The translations under genes were made by a program, and so were the position numbers. From Candidatus Methylacidiphilales bacterium (lineage in GTDB: Bacteria; Verrucomicrobiota; Verrucomicrobiia; Methylacidiphilales; UBA1321): DNA of 64,000 bases. Below, one piece after another: positions 55,388-64,000 of the stretch. The notes under the pieces were generated by a model that worked only from the letters and a program-made list of their open reading frames with translations, did not search any database and was not told the DNA's origin. Numbering within the stretch: position 1 is the first letter of the stretch; every line of letters starts with the position of its first letter. The stretch covers positions 1,098,761 through 1,162,760 of the forward strand of contig CBDDEB010000004.1 in the NCBI GenBank assembly GCA_965226715.1, read 5' to 3'.

Positions 55388-56662
55388 ATGCTGGACATCC
55401 GCAAGATCCGCGAAAACCCCGATTTTTACCGGGAACGCCTCGCCCGCCGCCACACCGGCGATGAAAAGCTCATCGGGCACGTCCTCGTTCTCGACGAAAA
55501 GCGGCGCAAGCTTTTGCAGGAGGGCGAAACGCTCAAGAGCGAACGCAATCGGGCCAGCAAGGAAATCGGCGCGATCAAGGCGAAGGGCGGCGACATTGCC
55601 GAGATTTCCGCGAAGATGAAGACGGTCGGCGAACAAATCGCCCGGATCGACCTGGAACTGGCGGGGATCGAAACGGAGCAGACCGATCTCCTGCTGCGCA
55701 TCCCCAACGTCAACCACGACTCGGTGCCAGTCGGCCAGACGCCCGAGGAGAACCGCATCGAGCGGGTCGTCGGCCACGCGGCTTCCTTCGACTTCAAGCC
55801 GCGGCCCCACTGGGAGATCGGCGCGCAGCTCGGCCTGATCGATCTCGACGCGGCGACCAAGATTTCGGGCAGCGGCTTCATCGTCTTCAAGGGGGCCGGC
55901 GCGCGCCTCGAACGGGCGCTGATCAATTACCTGCTCGACCTCCACACCACGCGGCACGGCTACACCGAGGTCTCCCCGCCCTTTCTCGTGCGGGGCGAAA
56001 GCATGGTCGGCACGTCGCAACTGCCGAAGTTTGCCGAGGACATGTACCGCGTGGAGGAGGAACCGCCGCTTTATCTCGTCCCCACCGCCGAGGTGCCGGT
56101 GACCAATCTTCATCGCGAGGAAATCGTCGCCGCCGACCGCCTGCCCATTCGCTACGCGGCCTACACGCCCTGCTTTCGGCGCGAGGCGGGCAGCGCGGGC
56201 AAGGACACGCGGGGGATGATCCGGGTCCATCAATTCGACAAGGTGGAACTGGTCCACATCGTGACGCCCGAGGAATCGTACGCCACGCTGGAAGTCCTTG
56301 TCGGCCATGCGGAAACGGTGCTGAAGGAGCTAGGGCTCCAGTATCGCGTGGTCTCCCTTTGCACGGGCGATATTGGCTTTGGGGCCGCGAAGTGCTATGA
56401 TCTCGAAGTCTGGGCTCCCGGCGTCGGCGCGTGGTTGGAGGTCTCTTCCTGCAGCAACTTCGAGGATTTCCAGGCCCGCCGGATGAATCTGCGTTACAAG
56501 AACAGCGAAGGAAAAAATATTTTCTGCCACACTCTCAACGGTTCCGGGGTCGCTCTGCCGAGGCTCTTCATCGCCCTGCTGGAGACCTATCAGCAGGCCG
56601 ACGGACACGTTTTGATTCCCGAACAGCTCCGGCCCTATCTCGGGGGACTGGACCAGCTCTAA
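55388..56662 (+). CDS. serS: Serine--tRNA ligase
   Basis: Motifs MLDIR, LVPTAEVP, CFRREAGS, RVHQFDKVE, EVSSCSN and HTLNGSG. Confidence 0.97.
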   Translation: MLDIRKIRENPDFYRERLARRHTGDEKLIGHVLVLDEKRRKLLQEGETLKSERNRASKEIGAIKAKGGDIAEISAKMKTVGEQIARIDLELAGIETEQTDLLLRIPNVNHDSVPVGQTPEENRIERVVGHAASFDFKPRPHWEIGAQLGLIDLDAATKISGSGFIVFKGAGARLERALINYLLDLHTTRHGYTEVSPPFLVRGESMVGTSQLPKFAEDMYRVEEEPPLYLVPTAEVPVTNLHREEIVAADRLPIRYAAYTPCFRREAGSAGKDTRGMIRVHQFDKVELVHIVTPEESYATLEVLVGHAETVLKELGLQYRVVSLCTGDIGFGAAKCYDLEVWAPGVGAWLEVSSCSNFEDFQARRMNLRYKNSEGKNIFCHTLNGSGVALPRLFIALLETYQQADGHVLIPEQLRPYLGGLDQL

Positions 56663-56666
56663 ATTT

Positions 56667-59147
56667 ATGTCATCGCCATTGAAGTTCCTCCACCTCCGCC
56701 ACACCTTGCTCTGGGCGGTCTTGTTTTTAACGCTGACACTCGCCGGCCGGAGCGACACGCCTTCGTCCGCGGTCGCCCCCACCAACGCGCCGAGCGATAC
56801 GCCCACCGTCGTCCCCGCCGGCTCGCCCGGGGCGGCCCCCACGCCCGGCCTCAAACAGCAGCCCGGCGTCGATCTCCCGGAAAAATCACAGCCCGGCGCG
56901 CCTAGTCCCGAAAAATCTTCCATACAAAATGTACAGGTCAATGCGCCGACTGGGAATGCCGCCCAGCCGCCCGACACCACGCCGATCGAGCTGCCAGTGA
57001 TCAAGCCGATCAATGTCCATGCGGAACGCGACGCCGAGATCGGCCACGAGGTGGGCATCCTGCTCGAGGGAAACCACTACCTGCAAATTCCGATCTCGCC
57101 CGAAATGTCGCAGCGCTGGCTGAAAAATTATTTCCTGGCCCTCGACCCGACGCACCTCTTCTTCCTCCAGGGCGACATCGACGAATTCACCGGCAAGTAT
57201 GGCAACAGCCTGGGCGATCTCCTGCTCCACGGCGACGACGACAAGGCCGCGGTGGCCCCGGCCTTTGAAATCTTCGAACGCTACATGCTGCGCGTCGACC
57301 AAAACGTCCGGCTGGCCGAAAAGCTGGTCCACGACAAATTTGATTTCACCAAGGACGAAACCTACACCGTGCGCACGGCCAAGTCGCCGTGGATCGCGGA
57401 TGCCGCCGCTTCCGCCGCCATCTGGCGCGGCCAGGTCAAATTTGACCTGCTCAACGGCGTCCTCGACAAGAAGGCGCCCGACGAGACGATCACGCGCCTC
57501 TCGAAGCGCTACGTCTCCTGGCTCCGCGAAGGGGCGGAGGAGGACGACATGGACATCATCGAGATTTATCTCAGCGCGCTCACCCACGCCTACGATCCCC
57601 ACTCCGATTATTTTCAACCCGACGAGGCCCAGAATTTCAGCATCCAGGCCATCGACCATGCCGTGACCGGCATCGGGGCGGTGCTCAAGTCGGATGACGG
57701 CTACGCCACCATCGAGGAAGTCATCGCGGGAGGTCCCGCCGATCTCGATAAGCGCCTCAAGGCGGGCGATAAAATCCTCGCAGTCGGACAGGGCACCAAC
57801 GAACCGGTCGACGCGGTCAACATGAAGCTCAATCGCGTCGTCGACATGATCCGCGGCGTCAAGGGCACCAAGGTGCGGCTGGTCATTTCCCCGGCCAGCG
57901 CGCCCCCCGGCACCGGCCATACCGAAATCGTCCTCACGCGCGACATGGTCAGCATCAAGGACAGCCTGGCCAAGGCCCATGTCATCGAGCATCGCCTGCC
58001 GGGCGGCGGCACCGAAAAGCTGGGCGTGATCGACTTGCACGATTTCTATAACAACACCAAGAACCACCATTCCGCGGTCAGCGACGTGACCGAGCTCATC
58101 CAGCGGCTGAAGAAGGAGAACGTCTCCGGCATCATCCTCGACATGCGCAACAACGGCGGCGGCCTGCTCGACCAGGCGGTCGACCTGACCGGCCTCTTCG
58201 CCAAGCAGCAGCCGGTGGTGCAGATCCGGCGCTCCGACGGCTACATCGAGCAGCTCGGCCCGGAGGATACCCGCCAGATTTACGACGGGCCGCTCCTGGT
58301 CATGGTCAACAAGATGAGCGCCTCCGCCACTGAAATTGTCGCCGCTGCGCTGCAGGACTATGGCCGCGCCGTCATCGTGGGCGACAAGAGCACCCACGGA
58401 AAAGGGACCGTCCAGACCCTGATTCCGCTCGACCAGCAGATGCCCATCGGTTTCCCCAGCGAGCCGGGCGCGGGCAACCTGAAGATGACCGTGCAGAAAT
58501 TCTATCGCGTCGCGGGCGGCTCGACGCAAAAGAAGGGCGTCGTGCCCGACATCGTCCTTCCCTCCGAGCTCGACGCCTATGATTCGATCCTGGGCGAGAC
58601 GTCGCTGCCTTACTATCTCCCCTACGACACGGTACCCGCCGCCTCATACGAAAATCTCGACCTGACCGCCCCCTACCTCACCGTCCTGAAAGCCAACTCG
58701 GCGGCGCGGGTGGCGGCCTCTCCCGACTTCGCCTACCTCAACCAGGACATCACCGTGAATCGAAAGAAAGTTCTGGATGGCACCGTCTCCCTGAACGAAG
58801 CGGTCCGCCTCAAGGAGCAGGCGGACCAGAAGGCGCTCAATGCCGAGCGGAAGAAAAACCTGCTCGCCCGCAAATCGACCCGCGACACGATGCTCGACCT
58901 GACCCTCGACATGGTCGACCAGAACCAGCCCGCCGCTCCGCCCGTGGAGAAAAAAGCAAAGGTCGACACGGCCGATTCCGATCCCGACTCCGATGGCGAC
59001 GACGCCGATCTCAGCTCCGCGATCAATAATCCGACCGATGATCCGCAGCTCGACGAAGCGGTCAACATCATGAGCGATTACACCCGGCTGCTGCAGGATG
59101 CCGGCTCCAAGCTGGTACAGACCACTCCGGCGCCGCCCGCCAAATAG
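56667..59147 (+). CDS. prc: Carboxy-terminal processing protease (Prc/Tsp, S41)
   Basis: YDPHSDY, PDZ motif GIGAVL, DMRNNGGG, SASATEI and GKGTVQ. Signal peptide present. Confidence 0.9.
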   Translation: MSSPLKFLHLRHTLLWAVLFLTLTLAGRSDTPSSAVAPTNAPSDTPTVVPAGSPGAAPTPGLKQQPGVDLPEKSQPGAPSPEKSSIQNVQVNAPTGNAAQPPDTTPIELPVIKPINVHAERDAEIGHEVGILLEGNHYLQIPISPEMSQRWLKNYFLALDPTHLFFLQGDIDEFTGKYGNSLGDLLLHGDDDKAAVAPAFEIFERYMLRVDQNVRLAEKLVHDKFDFTKDETYTVRTAKSPWIADAAASAAIWRGQVKFDLLNGVLDKKAPDETITRLSKRYVSWLREGAEEDDMDIIEIYLSALTHAYDPHSDYFQPDEAQNFSIQAIDHAVTGIGAVLKSDDGYATIEEVIAGGPADLDKRLKAGDKILAVGQGTNEPVDAVNMKLNRVVDMIRGVKGTKVRLVISPASAPPGTGHTEIVLTRDMVSIKDSLAKAHVIEHRLPGGGTEKLGVIDLHDFYNNTKNHHSAVSDVTELIQRLKKENVSGIILDMRNNGGGLLDQAVDLTGLFAKQQPVVQIRRSDGYIEQLGPEDTRQIYDGPLLVMVNKMSASATEIVAAALQDYGRAVIVGDKSTHGKGTVQTLIPLDQQMPIGFPSEPGAGNLKMTVQKFYRVAGGSTQKKGVVPDIVLPSELDAYDSILGETSLPYYLPYDTVPAASYENLDLTAPYLTVLKANSAARVAASPDFAYLNQDITVNRKKVLDGTVSLNEAVRLKEQADQKALNAERKKNLLARKSTRDTMLDLTLDMVDQNQPAAPPVEKKAKVDTADSDPDSDGDDADLSSAINNPTDDPQLDEAVNIMSDYTRLLQDAGSKLVQTTPAPPAK

Positions 59148-59159
59148 GCTTTTCTACAA

Positions 59160-59266
59160 TCCATCATCCCGAGCGGAGCGAGGCGAAAGGCTTTATTTCC
59201 GCGGAGTCGCTCCAGTCAAAACCAGTCGGCTGCTCCATCGCCTTCGCTCAGGATGACGGAGCTTTT
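59160..59266. repeat. CGTC-type REP doublet, family D, between convergent genes
   Basis: TCGCCTTCGCTCAGGATGACGGAGCTTTT at 59238-59266, with a degenerate inverted partner TCCATCATCCCGAGCGGAGCGA at 59160. Confidence 0.7.
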
Positions 59267-59269
59267 ATC

Positions 59270-60982
59270 CTACAGCGCGGCGCCGGTGGGCCGGGCAAGG
59301 GGCGCGGTCTTGACCAGCGAGCCGGTGCTGGTGGTCGTGGGGCCGTTGGTATAATGGGGGAGGTGCGGTTCGAGGTTCTGGTAGAGCACCTGGAGCGCAA
59401 ACGGCTTGGCCAGGCAGGGGCAGTTGAGCGAGGAAACAAAGCCCTGCGTGCTGTCGCGCACGAGATCACCGCTCATGAAAAGGAAACGGCTGCCGTAGGA
59501 GGGATCCATCGCCACGGCTTTTTCGTAAAGTTGCGGGCCGTCGATCCCGGGCATCCGGATATCGCTGATGATCGCGTCGTAGCGGTTGCCGCTGCCGAGC
59601 AGCTTGAGCGCCTCGGCGCCGTCGTTGGCCTTGTCGGTCGTGATGTTTTGCAGGTCGAGAAATTCGCAGATCGCATCGACAATCGCCGTCTCGTCGTCGA
59701 CCACCAGCACGCGGCCGAGGCGCTTCGATTTCCGCGCGGGAGGAGCGGGCAGCGGCTGCGTTTCCTTCGACTCGCTCGGCATTTTCGGGCTGCGCGCCAT
59801 CGGCAGCTCGATGGTGAAGACGGTGTTGCCCGGCTCGCTCTTGGCCGAGATCGTTCCGCCATGGTTCTCGATCAGCGTGTGGGCGATGGAGAGTCCCAGG
59901 CCGGTCCCTTCGCCCAGGTTTTTCGTGGTGAAGAAGGGATCGAAGATGAAGGGGAGCACGTGCGCGGGAATCCCGTTGCCGTTGTCGGTCACGGTGATGA
60001 AAACGGTGTCGCCGCGGCGTCCGCCCTCGACCCGGATGACGCCCGGATGCGGCGTTTTCGCGATGGCCTGCTCCGCGTTGTTGAGCAGGTTGAGCAGCAC
60101 CTGCTGCATCTGCTGCGCGGTGACGAGCACCGGATAGGAAATCTCGCACGGCTCGGAGATGAGCTGGATATTGTTCACGCGAAGCTGGTAGCGCTTCAGG
60201 TTGACCGCCTGCTTGATCAGCTCGTTCACGCCGATCACCTCGCGCTTCTTCGATTCCTTGCGGCTGAAGGCGAGGAGATTCTTGACCAGGTCGGCCGTGC
60301 GCTTGGCTTCCAGGACGATCGAGTTGATCGAGGCCTCGTCGGCCGGGCCGCCGCGGCGCAGCGCGAGCAGTTGCGCGTTGCTGAGGATCGAGGTGAGCGG
60401 ATTGTTGATTTCGTGCGCGATCCCCGCGATGGTCTCGCCGAGGGAGGCGAGCTTTTCCGACTGGATCAGGTGGCGCTGCAGCCGTTCCTGCTCGGTCAGG
60501 TCGAGCCGGAGCTTGATCGCGAACGAGGCGAGCTCGGCCAGCAGCGCGACGGTTGAAAGGGTCGAGTCGTCGAACGAGTCGGGTTCCAGCCCGTCGAGAT
60601 TGATCAGGCCCCACACTCTCTCCTCCACCACGATGGGCACGATCAGCTCGCACCGGACGTTGTCAAAAAGCTGGTAGTAGTTGGGATCGACCCGCGTGTC
60701 GCCGCACAGGTAGGGCTTGCCGGTCAGCGCGACGTGCCCGGTCAGGCCTTCGCCCAGCCCGAGCTGGCACATCTGCTTTTCGAGGGTCCAGTCCTCGCCG
60801 CGCACCGACGTGATGATCAGCTTTTGGGCGTTGTGATCGATGGTGACAATCGACCCATGGGCGGCCCGGCCCAGATCGGAAGAATAACTGAGGACCATTT
60901 CCAGGATTTCTTCCACGCGCTTGCGCTGACGAATTGCCGTCAGGACTTCGCGAATCGCGATTGCGACAGGGTTGTTGTCCAT
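59270..60982 (-). CDS. Hybrid sensor histidine kinase (GAF-HisKA-HATPase-REC), cytoplasmic
   Basis: Motifs AGIAHEINNPL, NLLNNA, DNGNG, FFTTK..GTGLGL and the receiver VVDDE...SDIRMP. Confidence 0.92.
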   Translation of the reverse strand: MDNNPVAIAIREVLTAIRQRKRVEEILEMVLSYSSDLGRAAHGSIVTIDHNAQKLIITSVRGEDWTLEKQMCQLGLGEGLTGHVALTGKPYLCGDTRVDPNYYQLFDNVRCELIVPIVVEERVWGLINLDGLEPDSFDDSTLSTVALLAELASFAIKLRLDLTEQERLQRHLIQSEKLASLGETIAGIAHEINNPLTSILSNAQLLALRRGGPADEASINSIVLEAKRTADLVKNLLAFSRKESKKREVIGVNELIKQAVNLKRYQLRVNNIQLISEPCEISYPVLVTAQQMQQVLLNLLNNAEQAIAKTPHPGVIRVEGGRRGDTVFITVTDNGNGIPAHVLPFIFDPFFTTKNLGEGTGLGLSIAHTLIENHGGTISAKSEPGNTVFTIELPMARSPKMPSESKETQPLPAPPARKSKRLGRVLVVDDETAIVDAICEFLDLQNITTDKANDGAEALKLLGSGNRYDAIISDIRMPGIDGPQLYEKAVAMDPSYGSRFLFMSGDLVRDSTQGFVSSLNCPCLAKPFALQVLYQNLEPHLPHYTNGPTTTSTGSLVKTAPLARPTGAAL

Positions 60983-61043
60983 AAACCATCTATAATGAGC
61001 ACCAGAAACGCCAGAGGTCTATATTTATTAGCATTAAACGGGC

Positions 61044-62130
61044 CTAAGAAAAAGCCAGACTTTCGAGAACCGCCTCCAGACGCGGTTCCACCACCGGAGC
61101 GGCCACCTCGCTTTGGTCCATCGCGGTATCGGGATCCTTCAGGCCATGCCCGGTCAGCGTCAGCGTCACCAGACTCCCCTTCGGGATGAGCCCGCGCCGG
61201 CCCATCCGCAGCAGTCCCGCCAACGGCGCGGCGCTGGCCGGTTCGGCAAAAAGGCCTTCCAACCGCGCGGCCAAGTTATAAGCGGCGAGAATTTCGGCGT
61301 CGGTCACGCTTTCGATCAGGCCGTGGGACGCGGTGAGCGCATCGGTCGCGCCCTGCCAGCTCGCGGGATTGCCGATGCGGATGGCGGTCGCGATGGTCTG
61401 CGGATCGGCCACCGGCTTGCCCTCGACGATGGGCGCCGCGCCCGCCGCCTGGAAACCGCACATGCGGGGCAGCGCCGGCAATCACTCCCTGCCGATGATA
61501 TTCGGAAAATCCCTTCCAATAGGCGGTGATGTTGCCCGCGTTGCCGACCGGCAGAAAATGGAAATCGGGCGCGCGGCCGAGCACGTCGCAAATCTCGAAC
61601 GCGGCCGTTTTCTGGCCTTCGATGCGGACGGGGTTGATCGAGTTGACGACTTCCACGCCCGGCTTCGCGCCGAGCTCCCGCACCAGGCGCAAGGCGTCGT
61701 CGAAGTTGCCGCGCAGGGCGATGATCTCCGCGCCATACATGCGCGCCTGCGCCAGTTTGCCGAGGGCGATCTTGCCGTGGGGCAGCAGCACGACGCAACG
61801 CAAGCCGGCCCGGCCCGCGTAGGCCGCCGCCGAGGCCGAGGTGTTTCCCGTGCTCGCGCAGATGACCAGCTTCGACTTGCGGGCGAGCGCCTGCGTCATC
61901 GCCGCCGTCATGCCGCGGTCCTTGAACGAGCAGGTCGGGTTCAGTCCCTCGTATTTCAAAAAGAGCTCGAAGCCGCCGCCCGCCTCGGCCGCCAGGCGCG
62001 GCGCCGGAATGAGCGGCGTGTTGCCCTCCTGCAGCGTGACGATGGGCGTCCCTTCCGCGAGCCATTTCATGTGCGCGCGATAGTGCTTCAGCACGCCGGG
62101 CCAGGCGGAAAGCGTAGGTGGAGGCATCAT
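61044..62130 (-). pseudogene. thrC: Threonine synthase with a single frameshift (pseudogene or sequence error)
   Basis: The N-terminal frame has [16 protein letters not shown] and PVGNAGNI. The C-terminal frame has [15 protein letters not shown] and TGHGLKDP. The span is 1087 nt = 362 codons + 1. Confidence 0.88.
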
Positions 62131-62253
62131 GAATTGTGGGTGATCGACGGTGAACGGAACCAATCAGAAACGTCCAAATTAGCGGGACGGGCCGAGCTTG
62201 TCGAGGGCTCCTGCGGAGGGCAGTAGTTCGGCGGTCTGCGCCCGCCGTCGATA

Positions 62254-62289
62254 CCATGGTAGCCGTCGCACTCCGTGCGACGGTGCCTT
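62254..62289. repeat. GTAG-type REP, family C
   Basis: CCATGGTAG-CCGTCGCAC-TCC-GTGCGACGG-TGCCTT is the exact reverse complement of 47424-47459. Confidence 0.85.
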
Positions 62290-62290
62290 C

Positions 62291-62436
62291 CCCTCGTTCC
62301 CAAGTTGCACTTGGGAACGCACTTGCTGAGGCAATTTCATTGCCGATCCCAGACGCACAAAGGCAGATTTGGTTGGCGCGAAATGGAATTTCGCGAAGAA
62401 CAGGTGACGTTCCCAAGTGCAACTTGGGAACGAGGG
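62291..62436. repeat. REP doublet / MITE-like element, family B
   Basis: Perfect 29-bp terminal inverted repeats CCCTCGTTCCCAAGTTGCACTTGGGAACG (62291-62319 and 62408-62436) with internal hairpins. Confidence 0.88.
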
Positions 62437-62452
62437 AGACGGCGACACTCGC

Positions 62453-63766
62453 CTAATCTGCCTCGAAGTCTTCCACGCGCAGATGGACCGGCGGCGCCTT
62501 GACCGCGCCGATCTTCGCGATCTCCTGCACGGCGGCCAGGAGCTGCGACTCGGGCGCGTCGTGGAGCATCAGCACCAGCGCGGTCGTTTCACCCACGTGG
62601 GCCTCGGGCTGGATCACGGACGAAATGCCGATCTGGCGCGAGGCGAGCACCCGCGCGACGTCGGCCAGCACGCCGGGCCGGTCGACCACGAGGAGCCGCA
62701 AATAGTAGCGCGAAACAATTTCGTCCATCGTCTTGAGCCGCGAATGGAGCGCCTCGTGCCCCACGTTGCGGGCCTTTTGTTCCTGCGGAAAATGGGCCGC
62801 GATCTGCGCGAGATCGCTCACGACCGAGCTGGCCGTCGGATCGCCGCCCGCGCCGCGGCCGTAGTAAAGCGTGTCGCCGACCACGTCGCCCCGCACCAGC
62901 ACCGCGTTGAAAACGCCGCTGACTGAGGCGAGCACATGCGACTGCGGAATGAGCGTCGGATGGACCCGCACCTCGACCGCGCCGTCGGGATCGGCCTTGA
63001 TGATCGCGAGGAGCTTGAGCCCGTAGCCGAGTTTCCGCGCGTAAACGATGTCCTGCCTTTCCACCGCGCGCAGGCCCTCGGTGTAGAGCTTGCCCGGGGG
63101 CACCCAGAAACCGTAGGCGAGCGCGGCCAGCACCGCCGCCTTGTGCGCCGTGTCGTGGCCGTCGACGTCGAGGCTGTCGTCGGCCTCGGCGAAACCGAGC
63201 CGCTTCGCCTCGGCCAGCGCGTCCTTGAATTCGAGGCCCTCGTCGTTCATCCGGGTCAGGATATAATTGCAGGTGCCGTTGATGATGCCGTGAATGGAGA
63301 GGATGCGGTTGGCGACCAGTCCCTCCCGCAAGGCGCGGATGATCGGGATGCCGCCCGCGACGCTCGCCTCGAAAAGAAGATGGCGCCGGTGCTTGAGCGC
63401 CGTCTGGAAAAGTTCCGCGCCCCGCTCGGCGAGCAGCGCCTTGTTCGCGGTGATGACGTGCTTGCCGTTTTGCAGCGCCTGCTGGATCAGGTCGAAGGCC
63501 TCCGTCGTGCCGCCGATCAGCTCGACGATCACGTCGAGGTCGGGGTGGGCCACCAGCGCGCGCCAGTCGGGCGTGACGAGTTTCTCCGGCACGCCGATTT
63601 CGCGCGCCCGTTCCGCCCGTCGAACGGCCACCTGGTCCACGCGAATCTCCGCGCCGACCCGCTGCCGGAGCAGTTCCTTTTGCGAGGCGAGACGACGCCA
63701 GACGCTGGCCCCGACCGTGCCGAGGCCGGCCAGTCCGACGCGAAGGATGGGTGCGTTTGTGCTCAC
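62453..63766 (-). CDS. hom: Homoserine dehydrogenase (with ACT domain)
   Basis: Motifs GLGTVG, ITANKAL, EASVAGGIP, INGTCNYIL, GFAEAD and DRPGVLA. Confidence 0.96.
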   Translation of the reverse strand: MSTNAPILRVGLAGLGTVGASVWRRLASQKELLRQRVGAEIRVDQVAVRRAERAREIGVPEKLVTPDWRALVAHPDLDVIVELIGGTTEAFDLIQQALQNGKHVITANKALLAERGAELFQTALKHRRHLLFEASVAGGIPIIRALREGLVANRILSIHGIINGTCNYILTRMNDEGLEFKDALAEAKRLGFAEADDSLDVDGHDTAHKAAVLAALAYGFWVPPGKLYTEGLRAVERQDIVYARKLGYGLKLLAIIKADPDGAVEVRVHPTLIPQSHVLASVSGVFNAVLVRGDVVGDTLYYGRGAGGDPTASSVVSDLAQIAAHFPQEQKARNVGHEALHSRLKTMDEIVSRYYLRLLVVDRPGVLADVARVLASRQIGISSVIQPEAHVGETTALVLMLHDAPESQLLAAVQEIAKIGAVKAPPVHLRVEDFEAD

Positions 63767-63874
63767 AGGAAAAACGACGGTAGCAGAAGTTTTTCAGCGA
63801 AGCCAGAATGAGGTTACCGAATTAAAATGGAAGAAAGCCTTCTCAAAATCGGCCCCGGCGAATAGTTATTCCTG

Positions 63875-64000
63875 ATGCATCCAACCACCGAAGGCTTTCT
63901 CGCCCCGTTCCTCGGCTCCTACGTCCCGTGGCTTTATTTCAGTTCGGGCTGGTGGACCGTGCTCGGCTTCGCCGCCGGGTTCACCTTCAGCGGCCGCTTC
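63875..64000 (+). CDS. Lipid-A-disaccharide synthase N-terminal (LAB_N)-like membrane protein, truncated by the window end
   Basis: Open from ATG 63875: MHPTTEG...WWTVLGFAAGFTFSGRF resembles the W..LG.....F..RF start of LAB_N. Confidence 0.6.
   Translation, partial: MHPTTEGFLAPFLGSYVPWLYFSSGWWTVLGFAAGFTFSGRF

Noticed and set aside
56656-56674. Partial third match (GCTCTAAATTTATGTCATC) to the 33-bp TA-flanking repeat at the serS/prc junction
   Set aside because: Only 15/19 over the core, and explained by the serS stop and prc start codons. Likely chance.
61460-61500. Programmed ribosomal frameshift in thrC
   Set aside because: No slippery sequence or evident stimulatory signal. A single-base insertion is simpler.

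Overview
Gene-dense, GC-rich bacterial chromosomal window. Gene content and repeat style suggest Verrucomicrobiota (inference). Left to right: (1) 1-18.6 kb, a glycan-degradation region: secreted carbohydrate-binding protein, GalM, GH88/105, xylA/xylE, GH95, GH29, a large heparinase II/III-like protein, kduI/kduD, then cysC-cysD-cysN. (2) 18.7-30.1 kb, a glycerol/dihydroxyacetone locus: dhaL2-glpK-oprB-glpF-dhaK-dhaL-dhaM(EIIA-HPr-EI), divergent from araC-family regulator-glpD. (3) Housekeeping genes: SUI1, PfkB kinase, thiE, accBC, mazG, DUF362. (4) Two convergent GT2 + DUF2298-like (GT-C-type) glycosylation modules. (5) folD, TPR protein, transglutaminase, lpxK, GT4, a PilHIG-like ABC module, two metallophosphoesterases, a DUF433/DUF5615 toxin-antitoxin pair bracketed by 33-bp direct repeats, serS, prc, a hybrid kinase, a frameshifted thrC, hom, and the start of a LAB_N protein. 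At least five families of REP-like palindromes pile up in a few intergenic hotspots. I found no rRNA, tRNA, CRISPR array or transposase. The best candidates for undescribed biology are the paired DUF2298/GT2 envelope-glycosylation system, the extra DhaL next to an AraC regulator with a 13-bp repeated site, and the repeat-bracketed TA cassette. All family assignments come from motif recognition by eye, not from database searches.
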